Origin: an uncultured Azospirillaceae bacterium
GTDB taxonomy: Bacteria; Pseudomonadota; Alphaproteobacteria; RF32; CAG-239
Direction: 5' to 3'
NCBI GenBank assembly: GCA_964408115.1
Contig: CAYOYE010000001.1
Coordinates: 1-26,267 of the forward strand
Length of the DNA: 26,267 nucleotides
The position numbers and the translations under genes are program-made. A model generated the notes under the pieces. It saw nothing but the letters and a program-made list of their open reading frames with translations. It had not been told where the DNA came from and did no database searches. Below are positions 1-8,991 of this stretch, piece after piece. Positions within the stretch are counted from its first letter, which is position 1, and the number at the start of each line of letters is the position of its first letter.

Positions 1-31
1 AAATAAAAAGATTAAAATTAATTAAACAAAA

Positions 32-784
32 TTATTCTCTTATTTCATCTTGATTATATTTAATAACCATAAATCCCATCGGATTAATCAGACGGCGGGA
101 AATTATTGTCCGTTCCGGCACAAAACGCGGCGTAATGGATGCTTTCATCCGCTTGGTTTTAAGGGTAAGCGCGCCACCGCTGGTACGGGATTTTGATAAA
201 TTATAGATTGTAAAGTTTACATACCATGCCGGACTACTCTCACTCACTTTGCCCAATTCATCTATTCTTACCTCGCTAGAATACTCGTTATCAAACATTT
301 TTTGGATATTCTGCGCATTCATACCGACAAATTCGGCATACACCGGTTGTGCCGACATATAATGTACTATTCCGCCCGGACCCCAGCGTGTACGCATTTC
401 CTGTTCATCATTAACCACAGTATTGCGCATAATAACGTATTGTTTTATATACATTTCTAAAAGTTGTTTATATGACGGCATATTTTTTGTTATCGGCTCA
501 TAACGAACCATGGTTGCCGAATCATTTTGCGTAATTATCAAAAGCGGCTCAACTATAATTTCGGGAGCCAGCCTGAAAATAACCAATGAAGCACTCAAAA
601 AAAACGCCAGCGAAAGAATAGCGCAAAGCATAACCAAACGTGATAACCACCGAAAATAAACCAGTTTTGCCGACCCTTCTTCTTTTTTGATGTCGGTTAT
701 GTATTGAGGCTGATAATCCGGATTTTGTTTGGCATTTTTATCTGTTAATAAAAACTTTTTATTTGCGTTTCCTAACTCTACCAT
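32..784 (-). CDS. virB8: VirB8/TrbF-family type IV secretion inner-membrane protein (250 aa)
   Basis: One N-terminal TM helix (LVMLCAILSLAFFLSASLVIF), YIKQYVIMRN helix and C-terminal 'INPMGFMVIKY' matching the VirB8 NPxGFxVxxY motif. Start moved from TTG 799 to ATG 784 (AGGTG 5 nt upstream). Confidence 0.85.
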   Translation of the reverse strand: MVELGNANKKFLLTDKNAKQNPDYQPQYITDIKKEEGSAKLVYFRWLSRLVMLCAILSLAFFLSASLVIFRLAPEIIVEPLLIITQNDSATMVRYEPITKNMPSYKQLLEMYIKQYVIMRNTVVNDEQEMRTRWGPGGIVHYMSAQPVYAEFVGMNAQNIQKMFDNEYSSEVRIDELGKVSESSPAWYVNFTIYNLSKSRTSGGALTLKTKRMKASITPRFVPERTIISRRLINPMGFMVIKYNQDEIRE

Positions 785-802
785 AATGACACCTGTCAAT
801 TT

Positions 803-3800
803 TTATAACGGATATACGGCACAATACGGAGCTTGTGATTTATCGGATTGTGCATCCATCTCCTCGGCTTCGGCATCTTCATATACTTTAACCACACTCC
901 GATTTGCCTCTTCGGTTTTAATTTGCTCTTCTAAATCATCTAAATCTTCCGTACCGGTAATTTGCACAACCTCATCCGCATCTTTTTCCAAAACTTCAAT
1001 CTGATGATTTACATCTTCCAGCTTTGTATCCAAAACGCCGTTTTCATTTTGGACGGTATCTATTTTTTCAGTAGCTTCTTTTATTGCGCCGGATTTAATA
1101 TTTTCAAGTGTCTTTTCGGCTTTTTGATAATCATCGGGAATTGTCAAATCAAATTTTTCGCTATAGTCATCATCTGCCGTATCAAAAACATTTTTTAGCT
1201 CATAACCGGCTTCGGTAAACAATGTATTAAGGCTTGTACGCACATCTGCCACCTGAAGTTCCACTTTAGCTAAATTATCGGCAGCCGTTTGTTCTTGTTC
1301 CACAAAATCCAAATAATCACCCAACTGATTACGGCTATACATTGTGCGATTATATACATAAAGATTTTTATCTATATTATCGGCATTTTCGCCGGAATTG
1401 TTAATTACATAAACAGCACGCAACAATGCCTGACGAATTGTCAACTTATGTTTCGGCTCTACTCCGTAGTGATTTACCGTATCCGGATCTGTCACGCTTT
1501 CCAAAATCTGTCCTAATTCACTGGATTTAGAGGCATCACCCGTAGTATCGGTTTCCGTTGATAAAACAAAAGTTTCGCCGGATTCCGCATCTTTTAGTTT
1601 GCCACCTTGTAATGTAAGGCCTTGGCAGTCCTGCGCAATGTTAGATTCTGCAGAACTGCTGTTACCTATGGTAAATCTGATATCTTGCGAAGAAGTTGCC
1701 GGAATAACGTCTATAGTCTTGCCGTTTAGCTTACAAGGGAATATACCGCCACGCATAAGACTTTTAGCCGGATTTCCCTGATTTAGCAACGTTTCATAAT
1801 CAATTTCTTTTTCAACATACGCACGGTGTTGTAAAATATATTGCCAAATTTCCGGCACTTCCAATCCGCTATCCAAAATACTGTTGCCGATAAGCGTAAT
1901 ATCTGCATTTGATGTCGGATTATCGGATTTTTGATATTTGAGAATATCGTTATAGTCAGACAAATCAAAGTGGAACACTTCTCTCAGCGGAGCCGAGGCA
2001 AAGTCAACCGGAGCTTTCGGCGCGCGGAAATCACGTTTTTTGCCGACAATTCCAACAAAATATTCATCATCCGGTTCCGTACAATTCGTGTCTTCACATA
2101 TTTTACTAAACATATTGACAAGATTTTTTAATATGTCGGCACCACCTTTTTCGCTAATTTTGGTAAATGTTTCGGTAGCATCCAAATCTTCTAAGGTGAT
2201 ATGTGTTATGTCGTAAATCATCTGATTATGAATATCCTTTACCCGACTACTGTTTTCGCTTTTATATAATACATCATTACTGCTTAATGCCATAATTTTA
2301 TTATATGCCTCATCCACCTTGTTTATGGCATAATTACGGACTAGAGAAACTATGTCGTTAGCTTTACCGACCGTAGAAAATTTTGCAGCAATTTCCGCTA
2401 ATTTTGCCTGTGCCACAACATTTTCATAGCTACTGTTTTCTGCAGCTATCTTTTTAGCAAATTCATATTCCTTATCACTATAGGCTTTGACATATTCCGA
2501 CGTTCTTTTTTCAATTTTTTCATCAATATTATCTAATTTTTTTTGCAAATCGGATTGTTTATCTTCTAAACCTGATATGCTGATATTAGCGTCATCCTGC
2601 TTTGCCTTACCGGTCTCGCTTTTTTCACTGTTTTCGTCTACCGTATTTTTCATCTCTTCCGTTTGCGGAGCTACCTCATCTCCATGTTTCATGGTCTCAC
2701 CGTATTCTATACCTTCTTCCGCCTGAGGTGATGTATTGGTGTCAGAACTTACATCATCGCTTCCATCATTATATTTTTGATTTGCCTCACTTAGCTGGGT
2801 ATTTACAGCTTTAAGCTTATCATATATAGTCGTCTTTGCCGCACTATATCCACTTATATCATCTTGGTAGGCAGATACAATAGCATCTAATGCCGTTGCC
2901 TCCTCTTGCAACAGGGAATCTAAATTTGCCGTTGGATTATCCGATTTAGAAGATTCCAGTTTTTGTATGTCGCTACGCACACTACTACGCGTGATAATCA
3001 TACCGCTTGCATCTAATATTTGTGATAGCGGAGATATTTTATTAACGATATTTTCCAAATCCAGCACAAGCGAAAATGCCGGTGCATTCTTTATATATTC
3101 CTTAATATTGTTATATTTACCCTCTAAATACTGATTATAGAAATAACGTTGGTCATTCCACATTGCAAAAGATCTCCTTTTATTTCCGTATAATGGCGAA
3201 GATTTTTCCAAATCTTTAGATATATTGGAGATAACTTTTTTGCCCAACGTCCAATTTAATAAAGCTCTTTCTCTGGATGACGCTTCCACTTCTTCCTCTT
3301 GCGCCGGATCTATCAAACTTTGCGGTTCATCATCGCTGCTACCGCTTTGGCTCTGTTTCTTTACTTCTTCAAGAGATGTTTTTGAACTGCTACCTTCTCC
3401 GGAACTACCCTTACTGACAATATACGCATCTGTTTCAATACTACTTTCATCGGCACTCGCCTCCGAACGTAAATTATACAGATAGCTGGCTATTCCGCTG
3501 GTCGTAAGCTCACTCTTATAAACATCGGCCACGAAACACTTATGGTTCGTATCTCCTTTGCAAAGTAAATCATATAATCCGCTACTTTCACTATTATCAT
3601 CTGCCGCCCGCTCCGGTGTATAGTGGCACATCATTCTGCCGTCATAAGATGAGCATTTGTTACCAAACCAACTTTTATCAGAAGATGTATAGTACGACCC
3701 GATAAAAGTCTGCGAACATTTTATGGAAGTTTGCAGATTCTCCAATGTTTTATCATGATATGCTTTCATATTGTTATACGAAGCAAAAATCTTTAAATAG

Positions 3801-4840
3801 TCCGGCAACATCTGTTTTGCATTGTGTGCCGATATAGCTCTATCAATATATTCTTGTGCCTCGGCAATTAATTCCAAACCTTCAAAGTCTGCTTCCCGTC
3901 CGCTAACCGGAGAGGCAATTCCGGTTTTCGGCAACGTTTCAAACGATACTTCCGCATACGCTGCCGGTGAGACAATACGTCCGGCAGTTGTACCGCTCAA
4001 AGGAGTGCTTATTTCATTTGCCGAGAAGTGCCATTTAACTTTAGTTGCCATATCTTTTGATTTTGAGCCTTCGTACTCGCGTATCTGAACATTTGTATTG
4101 ATTAAACGAACGCTATCAAATTGTGCATTCATTGCCACCAAAAACTCATTATACCGCATTATTTTATCATAAATACGAACAGCAGTCAAAGCATTGCGCC
4201 ATAGGCAAACCTTATCTTCTTCTCCCTCTGTCGGACTTTGGCAGTTATATTGTTCCAACCCCTGTTCGCTACAGTCTTCTCCGGCGACCAAACACTTTTC
4301 TATATTGTCCAACTCTGCCAGCATAACCGCAAGTTCTTTTTCCATTTCCTTTGCCGTAATATACATTTCCAGCGTAGTATCAAACTTTAACTGTTCACCC
4401 TTACGTTTATAATATCGCTTTACCCATTCTTCAGAAGAGCGGTGTTGCAAGAAAAGATAAATAAAAGCCTGAGACACCGAGGTAGGATCCGTTAAGTCGG
4501 CAAGTTTGCTATCCTCTATGGTTCGGGCATACGTTATAACTTTTTGCCGTTTTACTTTATTTTTGAGGTTGCTAAAAACACTTTTACCTAACTTGCTACC
4601 ATAGGATTTCAGGCTCTGTTTAATGTTTGAAAGGTTAGCAATTTCCTTAACTTTATCAATCTGGGCATTAACCTGACTATATGTAGATGTCAGATTTGAA
4701 ATCGTAGGCGGAATACACATTGCACAAAACTGCGGACTAAACGGAATCAGCGGAGTAAAATCCGGCCAAACAAAGGCATAAACCCGTGGGCTTAGTAAAA
4801 AACAAATTAGAAAAGCCGATACTGTTATAAATTTTTTCAT
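803..4840 (-). CDS. Large secreted protein of unknown function (1345 aa) with coiled-coil segments and clustered Cys; T4SS-associated
   Basis: Long ORF, RBS GAGGGAG before ATG 4840 (MKKFITV...RVYA signal peptide), no further TM segment, lies in the operon between virB4 and virB8. Confidence is for the ORF; function unknown. Confidence 0.8.
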   Translation of the reverse strand: MKKFITVSAFLICFLLSPRVYAFVWPDFTPLIPFSPQFCAMCIPPTISNLTSTYSQVNAQIDKVKEIANLSNIKQSLKSYGSKLGKSVFSNLKNKVKRQKVITYARTIEDSKLADLTDPTSVSQAFIYLFLQHRSSEEWVKRYYKRKGEQLKFDTTLEMYITAKEMEKELAVMLAELDNIEKCLVAGEDCSEQGLEQYNCQSPTEGEEDKVCLWRNALTAVRIYDKIMRYNEFLVAMNAQFDSVRLINTNVQIREYEGSKSKDMATKVKWHFSANEISTPLSGTTAGRIVSPAAYAEVSFETLPKTGIASPVSGREADFEGLELIAEAQEYIDRAISAHNAKQMLPDYLKIFASYNNMKAYHDKTLENLQTSIKCSQTFIGSYYTSSDKSWFGNKCSSYDGRMMCHYTPERAADDNSESSGLYDLLCKGDTNHKCFVADVYKSELTTSGIASYLYNLRSEASADESSIETDAYIVSKGSSGEGSSSKTSLEEVKKQSQSGSSDDEPQSLIDPAQEEEVEASSRERALLNWTLGKKVISNISKDLEKSSPLYGNKRRSFAMWNDQRYFYNQYLEGKYNNIKEYIKNAPAFSLVLDLENIVNKISPLSQILDASGMIITRSSVRSDIQKLESSKSDNPTANLDSLLQEEATALDAIVSAYQDDISGYSAAKTTIYDKLKAVNTQLSEANQKYNDGSDDVSSDTNTSPQAEEGIEYGETMKHGDEVAPQTEEMKNTVDENSEKSETGKAKQDDANISISGLEDKQSDLQKKLDNIDEKIEKRTSEYVKAYSDKEYEFAKKIAAENSSYENVVAQAKLAEIAAKFSTVGKANDIVSLVRNYAINKVDEAYNKIMALSSNDVLYKSENSSRVKDIHNQMIYDITHITLEDLDATETFTKISEKGGADILKNLVNMFSKICEDTNCTEPDDEYFVGIVGKKRDFRAPKAPVDFASAPLREVFHFDLSDYNDILKYQKSDNPTSNADITLIGNSILDSGLEVPEIWQYILQHRAYVEKEIDYETLLNQGNPAKSLMRGGIFPCKLNGKTIDVIPATSSQDIRFTIGNSSSAESNIAQDCQGLTLQGGKLKDAESGETFVLSTETDTTGDASKSSELGQILESVTDPDTVNHYGVEPKHKLTIRQALLRAVYVINNSGENADNIDKNLYVYNRTMYSRNQLGDYLDFVEQEQTAADNLAKVELQVADVRTSLNTLFTEAGYELKNVFDTADDDYSEKFDLTIPDDYQKAEKTLENIKSGAIKEATEKIDTVQNENGVLDTKLEDVNHQIEVLEKDADEVVQITGTEDLDDLEEQIKTEEANRSVVKVYEDAEAEEMDAQSDKSQAPYCAVYPL

Positions 4841-4882
4841 TGTTTTCTCCCTCTTACGCCACCGTATTATCACTTGTTATAC

Positions 4883-6103
4883 TCATTCTTCGCCTCGTTT
4901 CAGGTCTTTATATGTGAGTTCATAACTATCCAAATCCAGCTTTGTTACATCCTTATCATAGTCGTTCAGTTTGTATTGTGTCATACTTACTATATCAGAC
5001 GCTGCGTCGTACAATATTTCTGCCAGTAGCAGTTCCGTAAAACGCGCAGCCGTCTTGGCAACCTGCACATCGCCACCGATACGCATTGCCATTGCGCCAT
5101 AAACACCGTCTGCTTCCGTAGATGTATCGGAATATGCAACTGATGTGTCGGAAATAACAGAGCTTTCGTATACGCCCTTGGTTGAAACATAAGCTAAATC
5201 CTGCAAGGCATTATAAAAAGCAATATTACGGTTGCGTTTTACTTCTGCCAAAGCATCGCCGGCGGCATATTCCTTTTCTTTCAAAAAGAATTTACCGATA
5301 GAATCCGCATATAGCTCATTATTTTCGGCTTCTTCTTCATTATTTTCATCACCGAGAATTTTAGAAAACATCTCATCTGCCATATTTTGCAGTTTTTCTT
5401 TTTGTTTTTCCACATCTGCCTGTTTTTGCACTTCCGCCAAATCTTTTTCCAAATATGTAATTATAGATTCTTTCTCTTTAACTTCTCTTTCGTGTTCCTG
5501 ATCAACCAAATTATCCGCTTGATCGGCTTTCAGTTGAGCTATTTGCTTTTGAAGTTCTTCTTTTTCTTCATCAGTCTGCGCCGCCTCTAGTTTTGCCTGT
5601 AACTCAACAAGCTGGGCATTCATTTCAATATTTTTTGCTTCTTTTTCAGCCTTAAACGATTCTTTCAAGTTCTCAACTTCAGCCTTTAGTTTAGTTAAAT
5701 CCAGAGCTGTATTTGCGTACTTCTTATTCAGAAAACGAACATTATAATTAATGGTTCCGCTGGACCAATCAACATCTATACCGGCTTCAAGTCCGTTACG
5801 AAGTGTTTTATCCATAGCTTTAGTTCCGGCAGTCGTAGCCGCGTCAACGCCTTTTTCAGCTAATTTATGGAACAAACCTGAACCCTCACCGACCATACCG
5901 TCGCCGGCTCTTTTTACCTTGCCTTCCAACTTTGTCAACGCATTGTTATATGCTTGCTGTATCTTTTGTCTTAATTTTTCTTCCAAATCCGGTATTATGG
6001 TCGTTGGCGAAACAAAATCAAGTTTGGTTATTGCGTATGATTTGCCGGAGAATAAGCAAACCGCAACAAAAACAATAGTCATATATTTTAATATTTTCTT
6101 CAT
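4883..6103 (-). CDS. Secreted coiled-coil protein of unknown function (406 aa), possibly VirB5/TrbJ-like
   Basis: GGAG RBS, signal peptide ending KSYA, central E/K/Q-rich heptad region, helical C-terminal domain. Confidence 0.75.
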   Translation of the reverse strand: MKKILKYMTIVFVAVCLFSGKSYAITKLDFVSPTTIIPDLEEKLRQKIQQAYNNALTKLEGKVKRAGDGMVGEGSGLFHKLAEKGVDAATTAGTKAMDKTLRNGLEAGIDVDWSSGTINYNVRFLNKKYANTALDLTKLKAEVENLKESFKAEKEAKNIEMNAQLVELQAKLEAAQTDEEKEELQKQIAQLKADQADNLVDQEHEREVKEKESIITYLEKDLAEVQKQADVEKQKEKLQNMADEMFSKILGDENNEEEAENNELYADSIGKFFLKEKEYAAGDALAEVKRNRNIAFYNALQDLAYVSTKGVYESSVISDTSVAYSDTSTEADGVYGAMAMRIGGDVQVAKTAARFTELLLAEILYDAASDIVSMTQYKLNDYDKDVTKLDLDSYELTYKDLKRGEE

Positions 6104-6118
6104 TGTTCCGTTCTCCGT

Positions 6119-6859
6119 CTATTTGCTTTCTTCGTCTGTTTTTTCCGTAGTAGCTATCTGACTTGCCGATATTATACTCTGTGCATTCTGCGTTTCCGTA
6201 CTTGCAATAAAGCCCAAAATAGTATTCCAACGCCCGCTGGCTCGGGTACTAACGGTTTTATATGCGTCTATGATTGTCGGCAAATCCGTCAGTTCGTCTT
6301 CTTCTTCCTGCCGCAGAGTTTCATCTTCATCCATAATGGCCTTGCGCAAAACCAAAGCCCGTCCGTATTTAAGAGCCGTATTTTCTACCATCAAATCATT
6401 TTGCTGTTTTTTAAATGCTGCCATAGCCGCCACATCATCGTTTAGGCCGCTTTTAATGGTATAATTTTCATCAACGGCCTCTTGCAACTCCGCGGTAACT
6501 CCGCCATTGCTCAATTTGGAAATTATACCTCCGATTGTAAAATCCTGACTATTGATGAGTTTATCCCGAGTTTCCGTTAAGACGCCGTCTATCGTCTGTT
6601 TTACTTGCGACTTTACCGTATTACCGATATTTTTGGCTGTATTACGCAGGTTCTTCAGTTTATTTAGGTTTTCACGATTAAGACTCGCTGACTGTAGTTG
6701 TTTTTGAACAGCCTCCAATTGTGACTGCACCTTGTTTTCTGCCTCCTGTGCCGTAGACAATATTTCCTGAATATTTGAGGTAAAGTCCAAATCGGCCCAT
6801 ACTTCGCGGGGAAGCAGAATCGCAACTAATACCAAGGTTATGTTAATTACTTTAATCAT
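6119..6859 (-). CDS. Secreted helical protein of unknown function (246 aa), possibly VirB5/TrbJ-like
   Basis: AGGGA RBS, signal peptide ending EVWA, Q/K/E-rich helical sequence. Confidence 0.75.
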   Translation of the reverse strand: MIKVINITLVLVAILLPREVWADLDFTSNIQEILSTAQEAENKVQSQLEAVQKQLQSASLNRENLNKLKNLRNTAKNIGNTVKSQVKQTIDGVLTETRDKLINSQDFTIGGIISKLSNGGVTAELQEAVDENYTIKSGLNDDVAAMAAFKKQQNDLMVENTALKYGRALVLRKAIMDEDETLRQEEEDELTDLPTIIDAYKTVSTRASGRWNTILGFIASTETQNAQSIISASQIATTEKTDEESK

Positions 6860-6891
6860 CTTACATCCCTCAACCAGACAGTTTCAGCTCC

Positions 6892-8214
6892 TTACTGACA
6901 ATGGCTCATATCCGCTGTAGTACAATTGCCATCAAAGCAAGCCACACACGAAGATCCGGATTTATAAAATCCATCCTCACAGTCATTGCCGTCGTCGCCA
7001 CATTTTCCCGTCTCCGCATCAACAGAAACTCCGTCATGATATTCGCTATCCGACGATGTTGAGCTGTTAGCGCTTGCCGTAACCTGAACAGCACCAGCGT
7101 CACCGCATGATGAGGTCGGCACATCTGCACTTGAGCAGCCTTTACCTTCTATACATAATACACATGTTTTCAAGTCTGATGTATAGTAATATCCGTCTTC
7201 ACAATCTACCCCACCGCATGTGTTTGTGTCCGGATCGTATGTTGCAACGGAATGGAAACTATAGTCACTTGATTCCTCGGTTGTTTCGGTGCTATCGGCT
7301 GTATCACCGTCGCTGCTTTCTTCGGTATTATCGGCAGCTTGCGTATATTCCGTTCCGCCAACTCTGGTACATGTGCCATCTTTACATGTAACTACAGCTT
7401 CACTGTCTGATGCGTCAGAGAATGTGCCGTCCGGACAAGTAAAGTACTGTTTCTCACAATTAGCGGTATCCTCTGTTTCGCCTTTACAAACATTGCGCAT
7501 ACATTGATTTTCGGTGTTATACACTATGTCGCCCAAATAAGGTGTTTCTTTCTTATAATCGGCAGTTGTCGTTTCAAATTTATTTGTAACATCTGACGTG
7601 CTATCGGAAGAACTACTATCGTCTTTCTTTTCATCTTCTTTTGTTTCGGTTTGCGAAGCCGCATCAGCCAAAACTTGCGCATTTAAACGATCTATGCCGT
7701 CAAGAACGGTTAGTTTCAGTTTTTCGGCATATAAATCACGCATACTGTTAATCACATCCGTCAGAACGGAAATGGTATTAATAATCGCGGCATTATCATC
7801 ATGTTCCGTTTGGGTCTGTGAGCTGGCATCCGACATAGAAGTCTGTACATCGTTATAGTTAGAAATCGCGGCACTTTTGCTTATTGCTAATGCCAACACA
7901 TCCACAATCATATCATATTTCATCTGTGATAGGTCTTGCTTACCTTCGGTAGCAACCTGCGCATCCGAATTATTGATTTTGGCGGCAATTTTATTAATGC
8001 AATCGGCTAACAGGGCCTTATTACTAATAAATTCCTCGGCATTTCTCTTACAAAATATTGCCATAGAATTAGGGATAAGCTGCTTTCCGTTATACACTCC
8101 GGTATAATCAACATCCGCCTCACTCGTGGTTTCTTCTGCCCAAATCGGGCTACAAAGTGTCATCACACTTAGCAAAACCGTTAATAAAATATTTTTCTTT
8201 ATAATTTTCATCAT
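6892..8214 (-). CDS. Secreted protein with a helical N-domain and three 6-Cys C-terminal modules (440 aa)
   Basis: Start moved to ATG 8214 (AGGA overlapping the upstream TAG); signal peptide ending PIWA; 18 Cys in the C-terminal ~215 aa. Confidence 0.8.
   Translation of the reverse strand: MMKIIKKNILLTVLLSVMTLCSPIWAEETTSEADVDYTGVYNGKQLIPNSMAIFCKRNAEEFISNKALLADCINKIAAKINNSDAQVATEGKQDLSQMKYDMIVDVLALAISKSAAISNYNDVQTSMSDASSQTQTEHDDNAAIINTISVLTDVINSMRDLYAEKLKLTVLDGIDRLNAQVLADAASQTETKEDEKKDDSSSSDSTSDVTNKFETTTADYKKETPYLGDIVYNTENQCMRNVCKGETEDTANCEKQYFTCPDGTFSDASDSEAVVTCKDGTCTRVGGTEYTQAADNTEESSDGDTADSTETTEESSDYSFHSVATYDPDTNTCGGVDCEDGYYYTSDLKTCVLCIEGKGCSSADVPTSSCGDAGAVQVTASANSSTSSDSEYHDGVSVDAETGKCGDDGNDCEDGFYKSGSSCVACFDGNCTTADMSHCQ
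6895..7539 (-). repeat. Three intragenic Cys-rich modules (about 7369-7539, 7105-7257, 6895-7041)
   Basis: Modules 2 and 3 align: DPDTNTCGGVDCEDGYYYTSDLKTCVLCIEGKGCSSAD / DAETGKCGDDGNDCEDGFYKSGSSCVACFDGNCTTAD. DNA similarity is still visible (atccgtcttcaca vs atccatcctcaca). Module 1 is more diverged but also has six Cys. Confidence 0.7.
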
Positions 8215-8224
8215 AGCGCAATTC

Positions 8225-8917
8225 CTATAGATTAGGGATACTATTTCCAACTTGATTCAGAGCATCGCTTGTTGTGTCTGTAATCTGATTTTGGATTTGA
8301 TTTACCTTACTGTTTGTTATATCGTCAGCTTTATCGGTCACCCAAGTAAAGGTTTTATTTGCCGTTTTTGCAGCCTGTGCTTTACCTTGTCTTACGGCCC
8401 AATTATATGCCTTACTAATTCTTTCTTTAACGCGTAATTTTCGTGTTTCTTCTACAGCCTCATCTGCTGCATCAGACGCCTCCTCCGCTTGTTTCTGTTT
8501 TGTCAGGGCATTGGCTTTTGACTCAACATAGGCCTTAGCTTTAGCGACATATTTTTCTTTTTCTCTATTGGCTTTTTCTTTGGCAAAATTAATAACGCTG
8601 TTTTCCGCATTTTTCACTTCTTCACCAAAACGGTTATATAAAGAGCCTTTAAGACTGTTTATACCGGATTTGACATTGGAAAACAATGCGCCGGCCGCTC
8701 CACCGAATCCGCCATGTTGAATTTCTTTCAAAACGTTGATATTGGCAATGTTCTGCCAGCTGTTTGTTACCTGTGCCATCGCGATTTTTTTGACTTCCTC
8801 GGCAATACGCGCCACATCAAATGTCGGCAAAGGAAAGGCATAGCTCCGCGTAGGATAGCTTATGGCAAACAGGCTGATAACTATTACAACCATAATATTT
8901 TTTACACCGCTATTCAT
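8225..8917 (-). CDS. Secreted Ala/Lys-rich helical protein, VirB5/TrbJ-like N-terminus (230 aa)
   Basis: GGAG RBS before ATG 8917; signal peptide ending RSYA; mature start FPLPTFDVARIAE resembles the VirB5 'PVxDxAxxA' start; directly follows virB4. Confidence 0.65.
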   Translation of the reverse strand: MNSGVKNIMVVIVISLFAISYPTRSYAFPLPTFDVARIAEEVKKIAMAQVTNSWQNIANINVLKEIQHGGFGGAAGALFSNVKSGINSLKGSLYNRFGEEVKNAENSVINFAKEKANREKEKYVAKAKAYVESKANALTKQKQAEEASDAADEAVEETRKLRVKERISKAYNWAVRQGKAQAAKTANKTFTWVTDKADDITNSKVNQIQNQITDTTSDALNQVGNSIPNL

Positions 8918-8991
8918 GACAATCTCCAAATAGTCTGCTTTTCAATAATTCTACCGCAAATTTTGCGAAAAATAAACAATTTTCGTAAAAC

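Noticed and set aside
12-25. TTAA-N6-TTAA downstream of virB8 as a second CtrA site
   Set aside because: Wrong spacing, in almost pure A/T sequence, and the context is cut by the window edge.
803-8917. Reading the five post-virB4 genes as Rickettsia-style virB6a-e paralogues
   Set aside because: The gene order and count are similar, but none has the multi-TM TrbL/VirB6 domain; each has only a signal peptide.
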